This document shows, piece by piece, positions 62,235 through 64,000 of a DNA stretch of 64,000 nucleotides. Source of the stretch: Mobula hypostoma (lineage: Eukaryota); contig NC_086098.1 in NCBI RefSeq assembly GCF_963921235.1, positions 6,572,001-6,636,000 on the forward strand, written 5' to 3'. How positions within the stretch are numbered: position 1 is the first letter of the stretch; every line of letters starts with the position of its first letter. The notes under the pieces are model-generated. The model saw nothing but the letters and a program-made list of their open reading frames with translations, was not told where the DNA came from and did not search any database. The translations under genes and the position numbers were made by a program.

Positions 62235-62614
62235 TCTAGGACACCTTCAAAAAGCGATGACTCGAGAAGGTGGCATCCATTATTAGGGACCTCCATCACC
62301 CAGGACATGTCACCTTTTAATTCCTAACATCAAGGAGGAGGTACAGGAGTCTGAAGACAAACACTCAATGTTTGTGTCAGGGGAACAGCTTCTTCTCTTC
62401 CACCATCAGATTTCTGAATGGACAATAAACCAATGGACAATTTTTCAGTATTTTTTCCTCTCTTTTTGCACTACTTATATAATTTAATTTTTTTTGGTAT
62501 TTCTTACAGTAATTTATAGTTGAAATTCTTATGTATTGTAATGTAGTGCTACTGAAAACAACTATTTTTATGACATTCTGTATGTCGATGATATGAAAAC
62601 TGATTCTGATTCTG
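62235..62614 (+). mobile_element. Rex1/Babar 3' fragment
   Basis: CATCCATTATTAGGGACCTCCATCACCCAGGACAT.., (CTGATT)n tail, similar to 54104-54612. Confidence 0.85.
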
Positions 62615-62754
62615 AAAACGTAGGGTGCAGTATTCTTATACTGAGCAGGGGAACATAAACAGATTACAATAGGAGTATAATTCATCAATGATTATTGTCT
62701 GGGAGGCACAAATAACACTTCCAGAGATGTCAAAGTAGTTCCATTTTTGATTTA

Positions 62755-62883
62755 GGTCCCGATGAAGGATCTAAGCCCAAAAACGTCAACATTTCCATTG
62801 ATGCTGCCTGACCTACTGAATTCCCCCAGCATTTTGTGTGTGTTCCTTTGGCTTTCAAACATCTGTAGAATCTCTTGTGTTTA
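62755..62883 (+). mobile_element. Penelope pseudo-LTR with a decayed hammerhead motif
   Basis: GTCCCGATGAAGGATCTAAGCCCAAAAACGTCAAC..CAGCATTTTGTGTGTGTT. Confidence 0.75.
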
Positions 62884-63289
62884 TATTTCATATTTTTGTA
62901 CTTTATTATAACATTTCAAGTAGTGATAATATCTAGTATATCATTTAGATGAAAACATGGAAGAATATTTAAAAATGCGAAATTAAAACCCACTCTCTTT
63001 AACTTTTTTTCCTTTCACAGCTTGCTTATGTCCTATGCTATTTATAGCATAGAGGTACACATTGCCTCTTTGTTCAAATTGTTTGGAGCAAAAACATCTA
63101 TCTAATTTTCATATCTATAACATGGCTTGCCTCCCAATACATGAGGTTTTATCCACTTCAAAGAAATTAAGATGAAAAGAAGTTATATTAAAGTGGTAAG
63201 CAGGAGAAAACTTCTTCAAATGCAATACATATTATAATGCAGTCCTGCTTTTTCCAGTCATTATCATCGTCCCTGCTGCTCCATCCTCA

Positions 63290-63352
63290 CTCCCCTCTCC
63301 CTTCCCCTCCCTTCCCCTCCCTTCCCCTCCCTTCCCCTCCCTTCCCCTTTCC
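63290..63352. repeat. (CTTCCCCTCC)n microsatellite
   Basis: Directly visible in the sequence. Confidence 0.95.
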
Positions 63353-63401
63353 TCAACCATGATTCCACTCTCCCTGCCCCCTTCACACACCCAGCCCACA
63401 A

Positions 63402-63692
63402 TCGTCATCATCATCATCTTGTGCCGTGTTGTATGATGTGAGCAATCATATCCTTCTGACTGTGATTGTTCTTGGCAAATTTGGCAAATTTTTCTCCAGA
63501 AGCAGTTTGCCATTACCTTCTTCTGAGCAGTGTCTTTGCAAGATGGACAACCCCAACCTTTAACAGTACCCTTCAGAGATTGTCTGTCTGGTGTCAGTGT
63601 TTACATAACCAGGACTTGTGACATGCACCGACAGCTTATACTACCATCCACCACCTGTCCCCATGGCTTCACGTGACCCTGCTCAGGGGGGT
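63402..63692 (-). mobile_element. Probable RTE-related SINE or non-autonomous element
   Basis: (ATC)n end and CAGAAGCAGTTTGCCATTACCTTC, resembling an RTE/BovB-type 3' motif. Confidence 0.5.
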
Positions 63693-63694
63693 GG

Positions 63695-63915
63695 GTGGTG
63701 ATAGGGGACTCAGTAGTCAGGGGAACAGACAGGAGATTGTGTAGACATGAACAGGACACCCGAATGGTATGCTGCCTCCCTGGTGCCAGGGTTAGGAATG
63801 TCTCATATCACAGCCACAAGATTTTAGACAGTTAAGGAGAGCAGCCAGAAGACTAGGTAAATATTAGCACCAATGACATAAGAAGGAAGAGCAAAGAGAA
63901 TTTAGAGATCTTGGT
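63695..63915 (+). mobile_element. CR1 ORF1 esterase (SGNH/GDSL) fragment
   Basis: Translates VVIGDSVVRGTDRRLC..MVCCLPGARV, with a later .TND motif. Confidence 0.8.
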
Positions 63916-64000
63916 ACTCATTCGTAAGGCCAGTGATGTTGTGGGGATGGAAATGGACTCTCTGACGGTGGTGTCTGAAAAGAGGATGCTGTCCAAGTTG
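63916..64000 (+). mobile_element. Start of a Rex1/Babar fragment running off the window
   Basis: Nearly identical to 25116-25200. Confidence 0.9.

Overview
This is eukaryotic, repeat-dense DNA, probably intronic or intergenic. The repeat families (CR1/HER1-type LINEs, V-SINE/HE1-type SINEs, Rex1/Babar, Penelope, Tc1) point to a cartilaginous fish, probably a ray; that is an inference. No host protein-coding gene could be recognised. The ORFs I could identify are transposon fragments, their antisense shadows or low-complexity artefacts. Contents: a decayed Gypsy element with its 3' LTR, two solo LTRs, many CR1, Rex1, RTE and L1 fragments, three near-full-length Tc1 copies plus short Tc1 derivatives, a Tigger/pogo derivative with an internal hairpin, and a 43-bp minisatellite grown inside a SINE. 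Many insertions are nested and have visible target-site duplications (TSDs). The most interesting signal is about 14 copies of a minimal type I hammerhead ribozyme motif (CAGTC-CTGAnGA-A-GGGT-CTCG-GCCY-GAAAC-GTY-GACTG) in Penelope pseudo-LTRs. Four Penelope pseudo-LTR insertions are non-coding, TSD-flanked fold-back (inverted-repeat) units, and one of them is a palindrome centred on the predicted self-cleavage site. A candidate TATA/MEF2 promoter with a short first exon lies at about 19.25 kb. All calls were made by eye, and boundaries without TSDs are approximate.
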